A stretch of DNA of 32,000 nucleotides from Candidatus Nanopusillus sp. Its GTDB lineage: Archaea > Nanobdellota > Nanobdellia > Nanobdellales > Nanobdellaceae. The stretch is from assembly GCA_049414405.1 (NCBI GenBank), contig JBMSAQ010000038.1, positions 1,191-33,190 on the forward strand, given 5' to 3'. The translations under genes were made by a program, and so were the position numbers. This document shows positions 1 to 9,554 of the stretch, one piece after another; the stretch's first letter is position 1, and each line of letters starts with the position of its first letter. The notes beneath the pieces were generated by a model, which saw only the letters and a program-made list of their open reading frames with translations, made no database searches and was not told the DNA's origin.

Positions 1-2
1 CA

Positions 3-332
3 AAATTTATACCTGGACATGTTTATTATTATAGAACTGGAGAATTAAAACTAGAAGGAAAATTAGATGAAAAGGAATTAGAAAATTTAAAATTGTTAGG
101 AGTAGAAATAAAGAAAAACAAAATACAGATATCAAAAGAAAAAGAATATGATAGAACCTTTTTAGATGCAATAGAAAGAGCATCAAATGAAAAAATAAAA
201 GTTATACCAAAAGATGAATTTATTTTTGTTATAGAATCCTTTGGACAATATTCGGCAGAGAAATTAATACCATTAGCTATTAAGGAATTACAAAATAAAT
301 TAAACAATTTATTAGAATTTTTACCTAAATAA
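3..332 (+). CDS. C-terminal part of a gene entering from the left edge; probable archaeal RNA polymerase subunit D/Rpo3
   Basis: The frame of track ORF 93..332 stays open back to nt 3 (KFIPGHVYYYRTGELKLEGKLDEKELENLKLLGVEIKK...), so the ATG at 93 is probably internal. The tail ...DEFIFVIESFGQYSAEKLIPLAIKELQNKLNNLLEFLPK resembles the conserved C-terminal segment of archaeal RpoD (F-x-[FV]-E-S-x-G ... A-x-x-x-L). Recognition by eye only. Confidence 0.45.
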   Translation, partial: KFIPGHVYYYRTGELKLEGKLDEKELENLKLLGVEIKKNKIQISKEKEYDRTFLDAIERASNEKIKVIPKDEFIFVIESFGQYSAEKLIPLAIKELQNKLNNLLEFLPK

Positions 333-362
333 ACTTATAAATAAATATTATATAATTTATTA

Positions 363-698
363 ATGGATTGGAAAAAAGTTGTTTTAGTTTCTGTATTCTC
401 AGTATTAGTATCTTTTTTACCGGGAATAGGAATAGCAGTAGCAATATCCTTACTAGTATATATGTTAGTAAAGGGTATGGATAAATGCATTATATCAAAT
501 CTAGGATTGGCATTGGAATTTGCAGGACTTCTAATATATATTGTAGGAACCTTATTACAACCATTATATTTAAACTTCCAATCTATAATTCAAACTGGTG
601 TTTATCTATTAATAGGTGGTCTTGTATTATTATTAGTAGGAATGTTGATAGTTATGTTAGTTAAAAACAAAGCAAAGGAAAATATATATGAAGTATAG
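363..698 (+). CDS. Small integral membrane protein, function unknown
   Basis: 111-aa ORF with three to four hydrophobic segments (VVLVSVFSVLVSFLPGIGIAVAISLLVYML, LGLALEFAGLLIYIVGTLL, GVYLLIGGLVLLLVGMLIVMLV). No recognisable family. Confidence 0.5.
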   Translation: MDWKKVVLVSVFSVLVSFLPGIGIAVAISLLVYMLVKGMDKCIISNLGLALEFAGLLIYIVGTLLQPLYLNFQSIIQTGVYLLIGGLVLLLVGMLIVMLVKNKAKENIYEV

Positions 699-731
699 TC
701 TTTTATATATTTTTTATATATATATTTTTGA

Positions 732-2966
732 ATGGATAAGAGACCCGATTATAAAATAATTGAAAAAGAGATATTAAACCTCTGGAATAAAAATAAAGAA
801 ATCTTTAGATTTGATATTAATAAAGATAAAAAATATATAATAGATACCCCACCACCATTTACTTCTGGAGAAGCCCATATGGGTCATGCTCTAGAATTTA
901 TATGGATAGATTTTTTGGCTAGATATAAAAGATTAGAAGGTTATGATGTATATTTTCCTTTAGGATTTGATTGTCATGGTTTGCCAACAGAATTAAAAAT
1001 TATAAATAAATTAAAGATATCTAAAGAGAATAAAGAACAATTTATAAAAGCATGCATTGATTGGACAAATAAAATGATTGAATCTATGTATAAAACATTT
1101 GAAAGATTAGGATCGTCTTTTGATAGAGATAAAGTATATAAAACAATTGATAAAAAATACGAAGCATTTGTTCAGTATACATTAATAAAAATGTTTAATG
1201 ATGGTTTAATTGAGAGAAAAAGATATCCAATAATGTGGTGTCCAAAATGTCAAACAGCAATTTCAATGCAAGAAGCCGGATATTTAGAAAAAGAAGGATA
1301 CTTAATGTATATAAAATTACCAACAAATAATGGAAAATATATATTAATAGCAACAACGAGACTGGAATTAATTAATTCATGTTCATTAATATTAATTGCA
1401 AAAAACAGGTATGTAGAAACTGAAAATAATTTGATTATATCAAAAACATATGCAGAAAAAAATAATTTAAATATTATAAAAGAATATGATTATAAAGAAT
1501 TAGAAGAGATAGAAGTTATAATTCCATTAATAAATAGAAAAGTAAAGATTATTTCTGATGAAGATGTGGATTATAATTTCGGGACTGGAATTGTATGGGT
1601 ATGTACATACGGAGATCCTTATGATATAAAATGGAAAGAAAAATATAATTTACCTGAAATAATTTCAGTATCTGAAAATGGAAGAATAATATCAGATATA
1701 AATGAAATAAATGGATTAAAAGTTGAAGAAGCAAGGAAAAAAATGAAAGAAATATTAAAGGATTATATATATAAAATAGAAAAGATAAGTCATAATGTAT
1801 TATCACATACTGAAAGATCTGATTGTTTATCACCATTAGAATTTATTCCAAAGGATCAATTCTTCATAAAAATAAAAGATTTAAAAGAAAAAATATTAGA
1901 ATGGCAAAAAAATATAAAAATAATTCCTGAAAGTGAGGTAAAAAGATTAATTGACTGGATAAATAATATAGATCAGGATTGGAATATTTCTAGGACAAAA
2001 ATGTTGTGGGGTCTTGCATTTCCATTTTATGAAAAAGACGGAAAAATATATCCAGTAAATATAGAAGATTTACCAATTGATCCAAGAATAGATAAAGAAA
2101 AATTAAAGAAATATAATGGAAAATTCTTCGAAGATGAAACTGTTGATGTGTGGGTTGAATCTTCAATAACACCTTTAGTAATATTATATTATGCATTAAC
2201 TGAAAATAAAGAATTTGATCCAAAAGAATTACCAGAATTATTCAATAAAATAAAAGAATATTTACCTGTAGATTTAAGACAACAAGGATATGAAATTATA
2301 AGAACGTGGTTATTTGATACAATTGTAAGGGTAAATTTATTAACAAACAAAAATCCATGGAAATATGCATTAATTCATGGAATGGTATTAGATGAAAGGG
2401 GAAGAAAGATGTCAAAATCTTTAGGAAATGCGGTAGATCCAAACGAAATAATGGATAAATATTCTCCAGATGCTTTAAGATATTGGGCTTTATTAGCTGC
2501 ACCTGGTAATGACTATAGATTTAATATGAAAGATATAGAATCTGGACAAGCATTTATAATAAAATTATGGAATATTGGGAGATATATTGAGATGAACATA
2601 AAAGAAAAACCAGAGAAAGTATTAGAATTAAAAGATGAAGATATAGAAATAATAAGAATGTTAAAAGAAAATATTGTGAAATCTAAAGAATATATTTATC
2701 AATTTAGATATTCTGAATATGTAAAATTATGGAGAAAATTTACATGGGAAGATTTTGCAAATAATTATTTAGAAAAAATAAAAGAAAGAATAAAAAATGA
2801 TGATAAAACTGCAAAATATTTATTATACACAGTATATAAAATAATCTTAATTATGTTACATCCAATTTTACCATATATAACGGAATATATATATCAACAA
2901 TTATATAAAGAAAATAAATTAATTATTGAAAATAAAATTGATGAAATAATGGAACTTATTTTATAA
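732..2966 (+). CDS. valS: Valine--tRNA ligase (class I aminoacyl-tRNA synthetase)
   Basis: 744-aa ORF with the class I signatures HMGH (PPPFTSGEAHMGHA) and KMSKS (GRKMSKSLGN). WCPKCQTAIS and DLRQQGYEIIRTWLF match the archaeal ValRS pattern as I remember it. Ile/Val assignment is not fully excluded without a search. The protein is short for a ValRS. Confidence 0.75.
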   Translation: MDKRPDYKIIEKEILNLWNKNKEIFRFDINKDKKYIIDTPPPFTSGEAHMGHALEFIWIDFLARYKRLEGYDVYFPLGFDCHGLPTELKIINKLKISKENKEQFIKACIDWTNKMIESMYKTFERLGSSFDRDKVYKTIDKKYEAFVQYTLIKMFNDGLIERKRYPIMWCPKCQTAISMQEAGYLEKEGYLMYIKLPTNNGKYILIATTRLELINSCSLILIAKNRYVETENNLIISKTYAEKNNLNIIKEYDYKELEEIEVIIPLINRKVKIISDEDVDYNFGTGIVWVCTYGDPYDIKWKEKYNLPEIISVSENGRIISDINEINGLKVEEARKKMKEILKDYIYKIEKISHNVLSHTERSDCLSPLEFIPKDQFFIKIKDLKEKILEWQKNIKIIPESEVKRLIDWINNIDQDWNISRTKMLWGLAFPFYEKDGKIYPVNIEDLPIDPRIDKEKLKKYNGKFFEDETVDVWVESSITPLVILYYALTENKEFDPKELPELFNKIKEYLPVDLRQQGYEIIRTWLFDTIVRVNLLTNKNPWKYALIHGMVLDERGRKMSKSLGNAVDPNEIMDKYSPDALRYWALLAAPGNDYRFNMKDIESGQAFIIKLWNIGRYIEMNIKEKPEKVLELKDEDIEIIRMLKENIVKSKEYIYQFRYSEYVKLWRKFTWEDFANNYLEKIKERIKNDDKTAKYLLYTVYKIILIMLHPILPYITEYIYQQLYKENKLIIENKIDEIMELIL

Positions 2967-2989
2967 AGGATAGAATTAGAGATAGTATT

Positions 2990-3397
2990 ATGAGAGATTA
3001 TGTTGAATTATGGTTAAAGCGATCTTTGGAAGATTTAGATACAGCAAGAGTATTGTTAAATAATAATAAATATTATGCTTCTGCATTTTATTCACATCAA
3101 GCAGCAGAAAAAGCTTTAAAAGCTTTATTATTATATTTTGGAAAAGATGTAAAAACACACGATTTAAGTAAAATGTTAGATATAATTAAAGAAGAAGTAA
3201 ATTTAAATGTTGAAGAAATAAGAAAAGAAGCTTTAAAATTAAATCCAAATTATACTATTTCTAGATATCCAGATGCGGCAAATAGTTTACCATATTTATT
3301 GTATGATAAAAAAGATGCGGAAGAATATTTAAAGATGGCTAAAAAATTGTCAATTGGGTTAAGAAATTTATTAAATGAAAGCAAAATCTGCCATTAA
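2990..3397 (+). CDS. HEPN domain protein (partner of the downstream minimal nucleotidyltransferase)
   Basis: 135-aa helical protein with the HEPN-family pattern AFYSHQAAEKALKALL ... KTHDLSKML ... YTISRYPD. It overlaps the next gene by 23 nt (3375-3397), typical of HEPN/MNT two-gene modules. Confidence 0.75.
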   Translation: MRDYVELWLKRSLEDLDTARVLLNNNKYYASAFYSHQAAEKALKALLLYFGKDVKTHDLSKMLDIIKEEVNLNVEEIRKEALKLNPNYTISRYPDAANSLPYLLYDKKDAEEYLKMAKKLSIGLRNLLNESKICH

Positions 3398-3731
3398 AAG
3401 TCAGAAAGAACTATTAAAAAAAGCTATAGAAATAATAAATGATATAAAAAAGGAAATTAATATAATTGACGTTTATGTTGTAGGTTCTAGAGCTAGAGGG
3501 GATTATCTAGATACAAGTGATTTAGATTTAGTGATAGTATCTGATGACTTTAAGAACTTAAGATATATAGAAAGGTTAGAAAAATTATATAAATATTCTA
3601 AAGGAGATATCGAATTTTTTGCATTTACAAAAGAAGAATGGAATAATCCAAAAAGTTTATTTATAATTAATATGAAAAAAGAAGCAAAGAAATTAGAAGA
3701 ATTGTCAAAATCTTATAAAATAAATTTCTAA
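3375..3731 (+). CDS. Minimal nucleotidyltransferase (MNT, Pol-beta superfamily)
   Basis: 118 aa with the signature VVGSRARGDYLDTSDLDLVIV (G-S-x9-11-D-x-D). Translationally coupled to the upstream HEPN gene. Confidence 0.8.
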   Translation: MKAKSAIKSQKELLKKAIEIINDIKKEINIIDVYVVGSRARGDYLDTSDLDLVIVSDDFKNLRYIERLEKLYKYSKGDIEFFAFTKEEWNNPKSLFIINMKKEAKKLEELSKSYKINF

Positions 3732-3735
3732 ATTA

Positions 3736-5022
3736 TTAAAAATACACTATAGGGATATATTTTATTTTACTATTATTTATAATTCTTTCTCCCCAATAAT
3801 TTTTTGTAACAATTATAGAAAATTTACTATTATAGTTTTTTATAAAAGAATATAAACTCCTAGTTAAAATATTTTTCTTTATGATAGAGAATTTAACTTC
3901 TATTGGTATTGTTTCTTTCCCTTCAAATATAAAATCAACTTCTGCTTTATTTTTTGTTCTCCAAAAATTAATCTTCCCATATTGATATAATTCATTTAAT
4001 ATAAAATTCTCTATAAGAGTTCCAGAATCATTTCTAACTTCTATATCATTAAAATTATTTATTAAATAATTTCTTAATCCTGTATCTACAAAATATATTT
4101 TACTTTCTTTTTTCAATTCTGTAACCAAATTTTTATGAAATGGTCTTATCCTTCTTATAATATACGTTTGTTCTAATATATCTAATAGATCTGTTATTTC
4201 CTTAAAATAACTATTAATTTCGTTGGCTAATTGAGTTATATTTATTAAAGAACCATTTAGAGATGATAGTGCCATAATCAATTTCCTAAATTTAACAGTA
4301 TCTCTTATATTTAAAAAGGAGACAATATCTCTATCTAAATATGTATTTATAAGATTTTTCAACAAAAATATTTTTTCTTTTTCACTTTCAGCTTTTATTA
4401 TAGCTGGATATCCTCCAAACTTTATATATTCATTTAAATACTTTAATAAATCATTAATATATATATCTACATCTTTTTTAATCTCAAAATCGATATTATT
4501 TATCAAAAGATTTAATATTTTTTCATTCCATTCTCTATATATTTTAGCAATTTTTTGATCTTTATATAATAAAAATTCGTAAAAGTTTAGAGGATATAAT
4601 TCAAATTCTAATAATCTACCAACCAAATATTTTGCAGTTTCATTTTTTAATTCTAAGGATGATGATCCTGTTATAATGATTTTTATATTTTCAAAAAGAT
4701 CATATATTAATTTTAATTTTTTTCCTAGATCTTTACAATACTGTGCTTCATCTATTAAAAAATAATATCTTTTACTATCTATTATATATTTTCTTATAAA
4801 ATCTTTAGGATTTTCTGAAAACTTATATAAAATCTCATTATCCTCAAAAGTTAAGTAAATAATATGGTCTTCATCAATATTTTTTTCATTTATTAGAAAA
4901 TCTTTTAACATTTTTAATATTGTTGTCTTTCCAGACTGTCTTGGTCCTTTAATTGCTATAATTTCCCTTCTATCAATATATTCTATAATCTCATTTAATA
5001 ATACCCTGGGTATATATTCCAT
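3736..5022 (-). CDS. AAA-type ATPase with a DUF4143-like C-terminal domain
   Basis: 428 aa. Walker A is GPRQSGKTT and Walker B is YYFLIDEAQY. The C-terminal AEVDFIFEGKETIPIEVKFS is a PD-(D/E)xK-like motif typical of the archaeal ATPase plus DUF4143 architecture. Confidence 0.8.
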   Translation of the reverse strand: MEYIPRVLLNEIIEYIDRREIIAIKGPRQSGKTTILKMLKDFLINEKNIDEDHIIYLTFEDNEILYKFSENPKDFIRKYIIDSKRYYFLIDEAQYCKDLGKKLKLIYDLFENIKIIITGSSSLELKNETAKYLVGRLLEFELYPLNFYEFLLYKDQKIAKIYREWNEKILNLLINNIDFEIKKDVDIYINDLLKYLNEYIKFGGYPAIIKAESEKEKIFLLKNLINTYLDRDIVSFLNIRDTVKFRKLIMALSSLNGSLINITQLANEINSYFKEITDLLDILEQTYIIRRIRPFHKNLVTELKKESKIYFVDTGLRNYLINNFNDIEVRNDSGTLIENFILNELYQYGKINFWRTKNKAEVDFIFEGKETIPIEVKFSIIKKNILTRSLYSFIKNYNSKFSIIVTKNYWGERIINNSKIKYIPIVYF

Positions 5023-5088
5023 TACAATAATACTTTTTCTAAAAACTTTTTAATTTTAGCATGGTCAAAATTAAGGTATATTTAAAAA

Positions 5089-5754
5089 TTATCTTACAAA
5101 ACCTTCAGCCAATTCTTTTATTTTTTCATAAAAATTATTGGCCTTTGTAACTGCAGAAGATAACAACACACCTTCAGCTCCTAATTCCAATGCTTTCCTT
5201 ACATCTTCCCTATTACTTATACCAGCCCCAACCAATACCTTAATATTTGAATTACTTTCTTTAATCATTTTGACAGAATTTATTACTATTTCTGGCTTAG
5301 CAGTTGATACAGAAATTCCTGTTCCTATTAATTCTGGTGGTTCTACAGCAATATAATCTGGATTAAATTTTGCAATTGCAGCTCCTACAATACTATCATT
5401 TGCACATACTATTGTAATTAAACCCAATCTTCTTGCTATATTTATTGTTTTTTCTATATCTATAATCTTCATTGGTTTTTCTGAATGATTTATTAAAGTT
5501 CCAACTGCACCAGCCTCTTTCACAGCTTCTGGCAATATATATCCCGTATAAGCACCCGGTTCAATTGGATCTATATGTTGTGCAAATATTTTTACTTTCT
5601 TTGCATTTTTTGATAGTAAATATATATCAGTAAATTGTGGAACAATCGCTATATCAATACCATACTCTTCAGCAACTTTTTCAGCAGCTTCTAATAATTC
5701 TAAACCTCTTTTTCCGATTGTTTCCATGTAAGATTTCAAATTTATAATCAACAT
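5089..5754 (-). CDS. tpiA: Triosephosphate isomerase, short archaeal type
   Basis: 221 aa. LINHSE carries the catalytic His and AVEPPELIGTG the catalytic Glu. N-terminal INLKSY and C-terminal GVLLSSAV are as in archaeal TIMs. Confidence 0.9.
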   Translation of the reverse strand: MLIINLKSYMETIGKRGLELLEAAEKVAEEYGIDIAIVPQFTDIYLLSKNAKKVKIFAQHIDPIEPGAYTGYILPEAVKEAGAVGTLINHSEKPMKIIDIEKTINIARRLGLITIVCANDSIVGAAIAKFNPDYIAVEPPELIGTGISVSTAKPEIVINSVKMIKESNSNIKVLVGAGISNREDVRKALELGAEGVLLSSAVTKANNFYEKIKELAEGFVR

Positions 5755-5795
5755 TATTATAATTTATAAAATTCGCAAATTTATAAGAATTTATA
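5755..5795. promoter_or_regulatory. Divergent promoter region with two oppositely oriented TATA boxes (tpiA / P-type ATPase)
   Basis: 41-nt spacer. TTTATAAA at 5763-5770 is centred about 29 nt upstream of the ATPase ATG (5796). TTATAAAT on the minus strand (complement of 5779-5786) is centred about 28 nt upstream of the tpiA ATG (5754). This geometry fits archaeal TATA boxes driving leaderless mRNAs. Confidence 0.45.
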
Positions 5796-8354
5796 ATGTG
5801 GCATTCTCTACCTGTTGAAGAGGTATTAAAGAAGTTAAATACATCAATTAAAGGTTTAGATGATTATGAAGCAGAAAGGAGACTAAAAATATATGGGGAA
5901 AACAGAATAAAATTAGAAAGAACTAATTTTTTAGAAATTGTAATTGAACATATAAAAAATCCATTTATATTGTTATTTTTTATTGCAGATATACTATCAT
6001 TCATTTTTGGTGGTATTACCGAAGGTATTGTAATAACATTATTTTTGATATTATATATAATATCAGGTTACTTCCATAGTAAAAAATCTGAAAAAGTAAT
6101 AAAATCTCTAGAAGAGGGTATAGAAAGCAATGTATTAGTTATTAGAAATGGAAAATATAAACATATAAAATCATCAAAAATTGTTTCAGGAGATATTATT
6201 ATATTAAAATATGGACAGAAAGCTCCTGCTGATATAAGAATAATAAAATCAACTGATCTAGAAGTTGATGAAAGCTCCTTAACTGGTGAATCCGAACCTG
6301 TAAGAAAATATGATACTGTATTACCAAAAGATATCCCAATAAAGAAAAGAAAAAATATGATATTCCAAAATACTTATGTAGTAAAAGGAATTGTAATTGG
6401 TGTTGTAGTTGCAACTGGAAATAATACATATTATGGAAGTATATACAAAAATATAAGTAAACAAAAAAGAGGTAAATCTCAATTGCAAGAAGAATTGGAC
6501 AGATTTTCATATTATGTGATAATACTCATATCGATAATTATAATTACATCCTTTATAATATTATTAATAAAAAATGTGATGGACTTATATCAACTGATAA
6601 TATTTACAATAGCACTTGCTGTTGTCGTAATACCGGAAGGATTGCCTGCAGCATTAATATTGTTATACACAATGAGTAGTCTAAAATTAGAAAAAGATCT
6701 TATATACGTAAAAAATCCCAATATATTGGAAGATGTTAGCAATATAGATACTGTTATTTTAGATAAGACTGGTACAATTACATATAATGAATTAATTATA
6801 GATAAATTTTTTTATAATGGTAAATTTTATGATATAAAATATTATGAAGATAGAGCAGATATACTATCTGATACAAAAATAATAAATATAAATAAAATAG
6901 AAGAATTTTTAATATTTTTATATAATTCAATAGAGGATTATTTAACAATAGATATAGAAAAAAATATTGGAGATCCTATAAATTTATCAATATATAGACT
7001 AGCAAAATATTTAAAGATTTCTAAATTTTTGGAAAGATATTCTGTAAATTATTTTGATCCATACAGAAAAAGATCTTCTGTAATAGTAAAATATAATGAT
7101 AAAAAATATGCAATAATAAAAGGATCCCCATCTTCTCTTCTATCCATTTCAAAATATATAATGATAAATAATAAAATACTTAAAATAGATAAATATAAAG
7201 AAAAAATTGAAAAAATTAGGAATAAATATGGAAAAAGAGGTTATAAAATATTAGCAATTGGTATTAAAGAAATAAAGAAAGATGAAGAACCTGAAAAAGA
7301 TATAACATTCTTGGGATTATTATTTATAAAAGATAGGATAAGAGAAGGTGTCTTAGAATATATAAAAGATTTGAGAGAAATTGGTATAAATATATATATA
7401 GTAACTGGAGATAATAAAGATCATACCTTGGGAATTTTAAGAATGTTGAATTTAGATTATAAAATAGTAGATGCGAATGAAATAAAGAAATTAAATGAAG
7501 ATTATCTATACAAAATATTAAAAGAATATCATGTTGTAGTAAATGCCGATCCTTTAGATAAATATAGAATAGTAAAAACACTAAAAGATAAAGGTCATAG
7601 GGTATTGTTTGTTGGAGATGGTACAAATGATGCTATAGCATTAAAAATATCCAATGTAGGTATTTCATTTTATAACGCTACTGATATAGCGAAAGACTCT
7701 GCAAATGTTATATTAATGGATAAAGGAATAGACAAAATAACGAAATTAATCATAGAAGGAAAAAGAATTATATACAATCTAAAGGTATTTATTTTAATAA
7801 CATTATCAATGATAATGGGGGTATCTCTACTCATTTCAATTGGATTCTTCATATATGACCAAATATTTCTACATGCCATACAATTACTATTATTGAATTT
7901 TGTAATTCAAACAATTAATTCGTTGTATATGGGATCGGCAGATGTTAAAGACAAGAAAATATTAAAAAAACTAAAAATTAAAATATTTGATGAATTTGTA
8001 AAATTTGAAATGACAAGAAATATGATGTTTATAGGACTTACAGCTACAATTGTTTCTTTAGCTACAAACGGTAATAGTTATATAATAATATTGTTTTTAA
8101 TAGCCGCACAAGGGATATTATACATTCACTATGAAAAGGTATTCTCACTAAATATAACAAAAACAAGAGAATATTATATATCAATGTTCCTATCTACATT
8201 CACAGTATCCATATTTTTAGTTGAAAGCTTGAGAAAAATTATTGATTTCGTCATACCATCTTTAATCGATATTGCAGTACTTATAATAGTTTCATTATAT
8301 CTGTTCTTTATATATTCAGTAATAGAAAGAGTAGAAAATGTCAGAGGTATCTGA
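5796..8354 (+). CDS. Cation-transporting P-type ATPase (P2-like)
   Basis: 852 aa with the actuator motif LTGESEPV, the M4 motif IPEGLPA, the phosphorylation site DKTGTIT, plus KGSP, VTGDNKDH and GDGTNDAIALK. It has several N- and C-terminal TM segments. Ion specificity cannot be read from the sequence. Confidence 0.9.
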   Translation: MWHSLPVEEVLKKLNTSIKGLDDYEAERRLKIYGENRIKLERTNFLEIVIEHIKNPFILLFFIADILSFIFGGITEGIVITLFLILYIISGYFHSKKSEKVIKSLEEGIESNVLVIRNGKYKHIKSSKIVSGDIIILKYGQKAPADIRIIKSTDLEVDESSLTGESEPVRKYDTVLPKDIPIKKRKNMIFQNTYVVKGIVIGVVVATGNNTYYGSIYKNISKQKRGKSQLQEELDRFSYYVIILISIIIITSFIILLIKNVMDLYQLIIFTIALAVVVIPEGLPAALILLYTMSSLKLEKDLIYVKNPNILEDVSNIDTVILDKTGTITYNELIIDKFFYNGKFYDIKYYEDRADILSDTKIININKIEEFLIFLYNSIEDYLTIDIEKNIGDPINLSIYRLAKYLKISKFLERYSVNYFDPYRKRSSVIVKYNDKKYAIIKGSPSSLLSISKYIMINNKILKIDKYKEKIEKIRNKYGKRGYKILAIGIKEIKKDEEPEKDITFLGLLFIKDRIREGVLEYIKDLREIGINIYIVTGDNKDHTLGILRMLNLDYKIVDANEIKKLNEDYLYKILKEYHVVVNADPLDKYRIVKTLKDKGHRVLFVGDGTNDAIALKISNVGISFYNATDIAKDSANVILMDKGIDKITKLIIEGKRIIYNLKVFILITLSMIMGVSLLISIGFFIYDQIFLHAIQLLLLNFVIQTINSLYMGSADVKDKKILKKLKIKIFDEFVKFEMTRNMMFIGLTATIVSLATNGNSYIIILFLIAAQGILYIHYEKVFSLNITKTREYYISMFLSTFTVSIFLVESLRKIIDFVIPSLIDIAVLIIVSLYLFFIYSVIERVENVRGI

Positions 8355-8391
8355 ATGTCATCATATATCAGCTAACTCCGACCTTCATCAC
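8341..8391 (-). ncRNA. Candidate C/D-box sRNA (2'-O-methylation guide)
   Basis: The minus strand reads GUGAUGA-AGGUCGGAGUUAG-CUGA-UAU-AUGAUGA-CAUUCAGAUACCU-CUGA. That is C box (RUGAUGA), 13-nt spacer, D' box, 3-nt linker, C' box, 13-nt spacer, D box, 51 nt in total. Flanking AAAAU (5') and AUUUU (3') can pair. The first guide is 7/13 G+C in otherwise almost pure A/T intergenic DNA. The 3' part is antisense to the last 14 nt of the ATPase ORF. Confidence 0.55.
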
Positions 8392-8426
8392 TATTTTTAA
8401 TAATATTAATATTAAATATAATCTTT

Positions 8427-9554
8427 ATGGATCTCCCAAAAGTATCAATTATATTTCCTATTTATAAAAGAAGTAAATATTTGGAAAATAATATTCAAAA
8501 AATATTAGAAGATCCTTATCCAAACGATCTAAAAGAAATAATAATATCTATAGACTCACCGGAAGATGACTTCTTAAATAAATTATTAGAATTAAAAAAC
8601 AAATATAAAAATATAATATTGATTATATCAAAAGACAGAAGAGGAAAAGTTTCCGCAACTAATGATGCGGTAAAAATCTCTTCTGGAGAAATTTTATTTT
8701 TCTTTGATGCAGATATTATCATTGATTATATTAATATAAATAGAATCGTTGAAGAATTGAAAGAATATGATATAGTAGAATTCTATAAGGAGGTAATTAA
8801 AAAGGGTTGGCTTGGTTACCTTATGTTTATAGAATTTTCTTCATATTTTGATATTATCAATCCCATGTTAAATAAAACAAAAAAACCTTTATTTCTAAAT
8901 GGTAGTGGATTTGCAACTAAAAAGAGTGTATGGAATGCAGTAGATGGCTATTCTAAAGTATATGTAGAAGATGTGGATTTTGCCATGAAAGCTGGGAAAG
9001 AGGGATATACATACCGTATGTCTAAAGATGTAAAAATACTAATTGAACCGTTGAAAAATTTAAGACAATGGATTGAACAAAGAAAAAGATGGAGCTTTGG
9101 ATTAATAGAAGTAATGTTAAATCATCTGGATTATATGGCAGATTTTTTTATGCGCAATATGTTAATTGCTCTATTGATAATTCTACTTTTATATTTACCA
9201 TACATAATATGGGCCTATATATACATTTACTTACCGGCCTCTTTCTTATATCAAATTGCTATAGATGTATATAGAAGTCTATCCAATAATATTAGTTTTA
9301 TATATTTAATAATATTAAACCCTTCATCTATCCTCAAAATATTCAACATTCTATATCTAACCTTATTATACATAATAATAACTTCTTCTTATATATACCT
9401 ACTAATTTCAATAAGGAGAAAAAAATTATATAATTTTCTCCCATTTATACTGTTTTCAATATTGTACATACCATTATATGAAATAATCATAATATACGAT
9501 ATAATATACTACGGAATATTTGAAAGAGCTCCAAAGATGAATTGGAAGGTTTAA
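8427..9554 (+). CDS. Family 2 glycosyltransferase with C-terminal membrane domain (processive-type Q-x-x-R-W motif)
   Basis: 375 aa. It starts with the GT2 pattern VSIIFPIYKRSKYLENNI, has the DxD-like FFFDADII and the motif EQRKRWSFG (Q-[QR]-x-R-W), followed by several hydrophobic helices. Confidence 0.8.
   Translation: MDLPKVSIIFPIYKRSKYLENNIQKILEDPYPNDLKEIIISIDSPEDDFLNKLLELKNKYKNIILIISKDRRGKVSATNDAVKISSGEILFFFDADIIIDYININRIVEELKEYDIVEFYKEVIKKGWLGYLMFIEFSSYFDIINPMLNKTKKPLFLNGSGFATKKSVWNAVDGYSKVYVEDVDFAMKAGKEGYTYRMSKDVKILIEPLKNLRQWIEQRKRWSFGLIEVMLNHLDYMADFFMRNMLIALLIILLLYLPYIIWAYIYIYLPASFLYQIAIDVYRSLSNNISFIYLIILNPSSILKIFNILYLTLLYIIITSSYIYLLISIRRKKLYNFLPFILFSILYIPLYEIIIIYDIIYYGIFERAPKMNWKV

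Noticed and set aside
29-307. 92-aa minus-strand ORF at the left edge
   Set aside because: Antisense to the frame that carries the RpoD-like C-terminus and remains open to the window edge. The translation is low complexity.
1549-2502. Three minus-strand ORFs (1549-1836, 1990-2223, 2296-2502) inside valS
   Set aside because: They are antisense to a well-supported aaRS gene, with low-complexity L/I/F/H-rich translations and no motifs. The same reasoning applies to 6199-6510, 7324-7626 and 7670-7879 in the ATPase, and to 8516-8722, 9089-9274, 10614-10832, 11783-11974, 13610-13942, 16561-16800, 19737-19931, 20812-21057, 21778-22002, 22026-22214, 25173-25361 and 26851-27093.
9542-9553. TTG-initiated N-terminal extension (MEGL) of RNase Z in the track
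   Set aside because: ATG at 9554 overlaps the upstream stop (TAATG) and gives the canonical MMKKIVILGT start. The extension would overlap the GT2 coding end.
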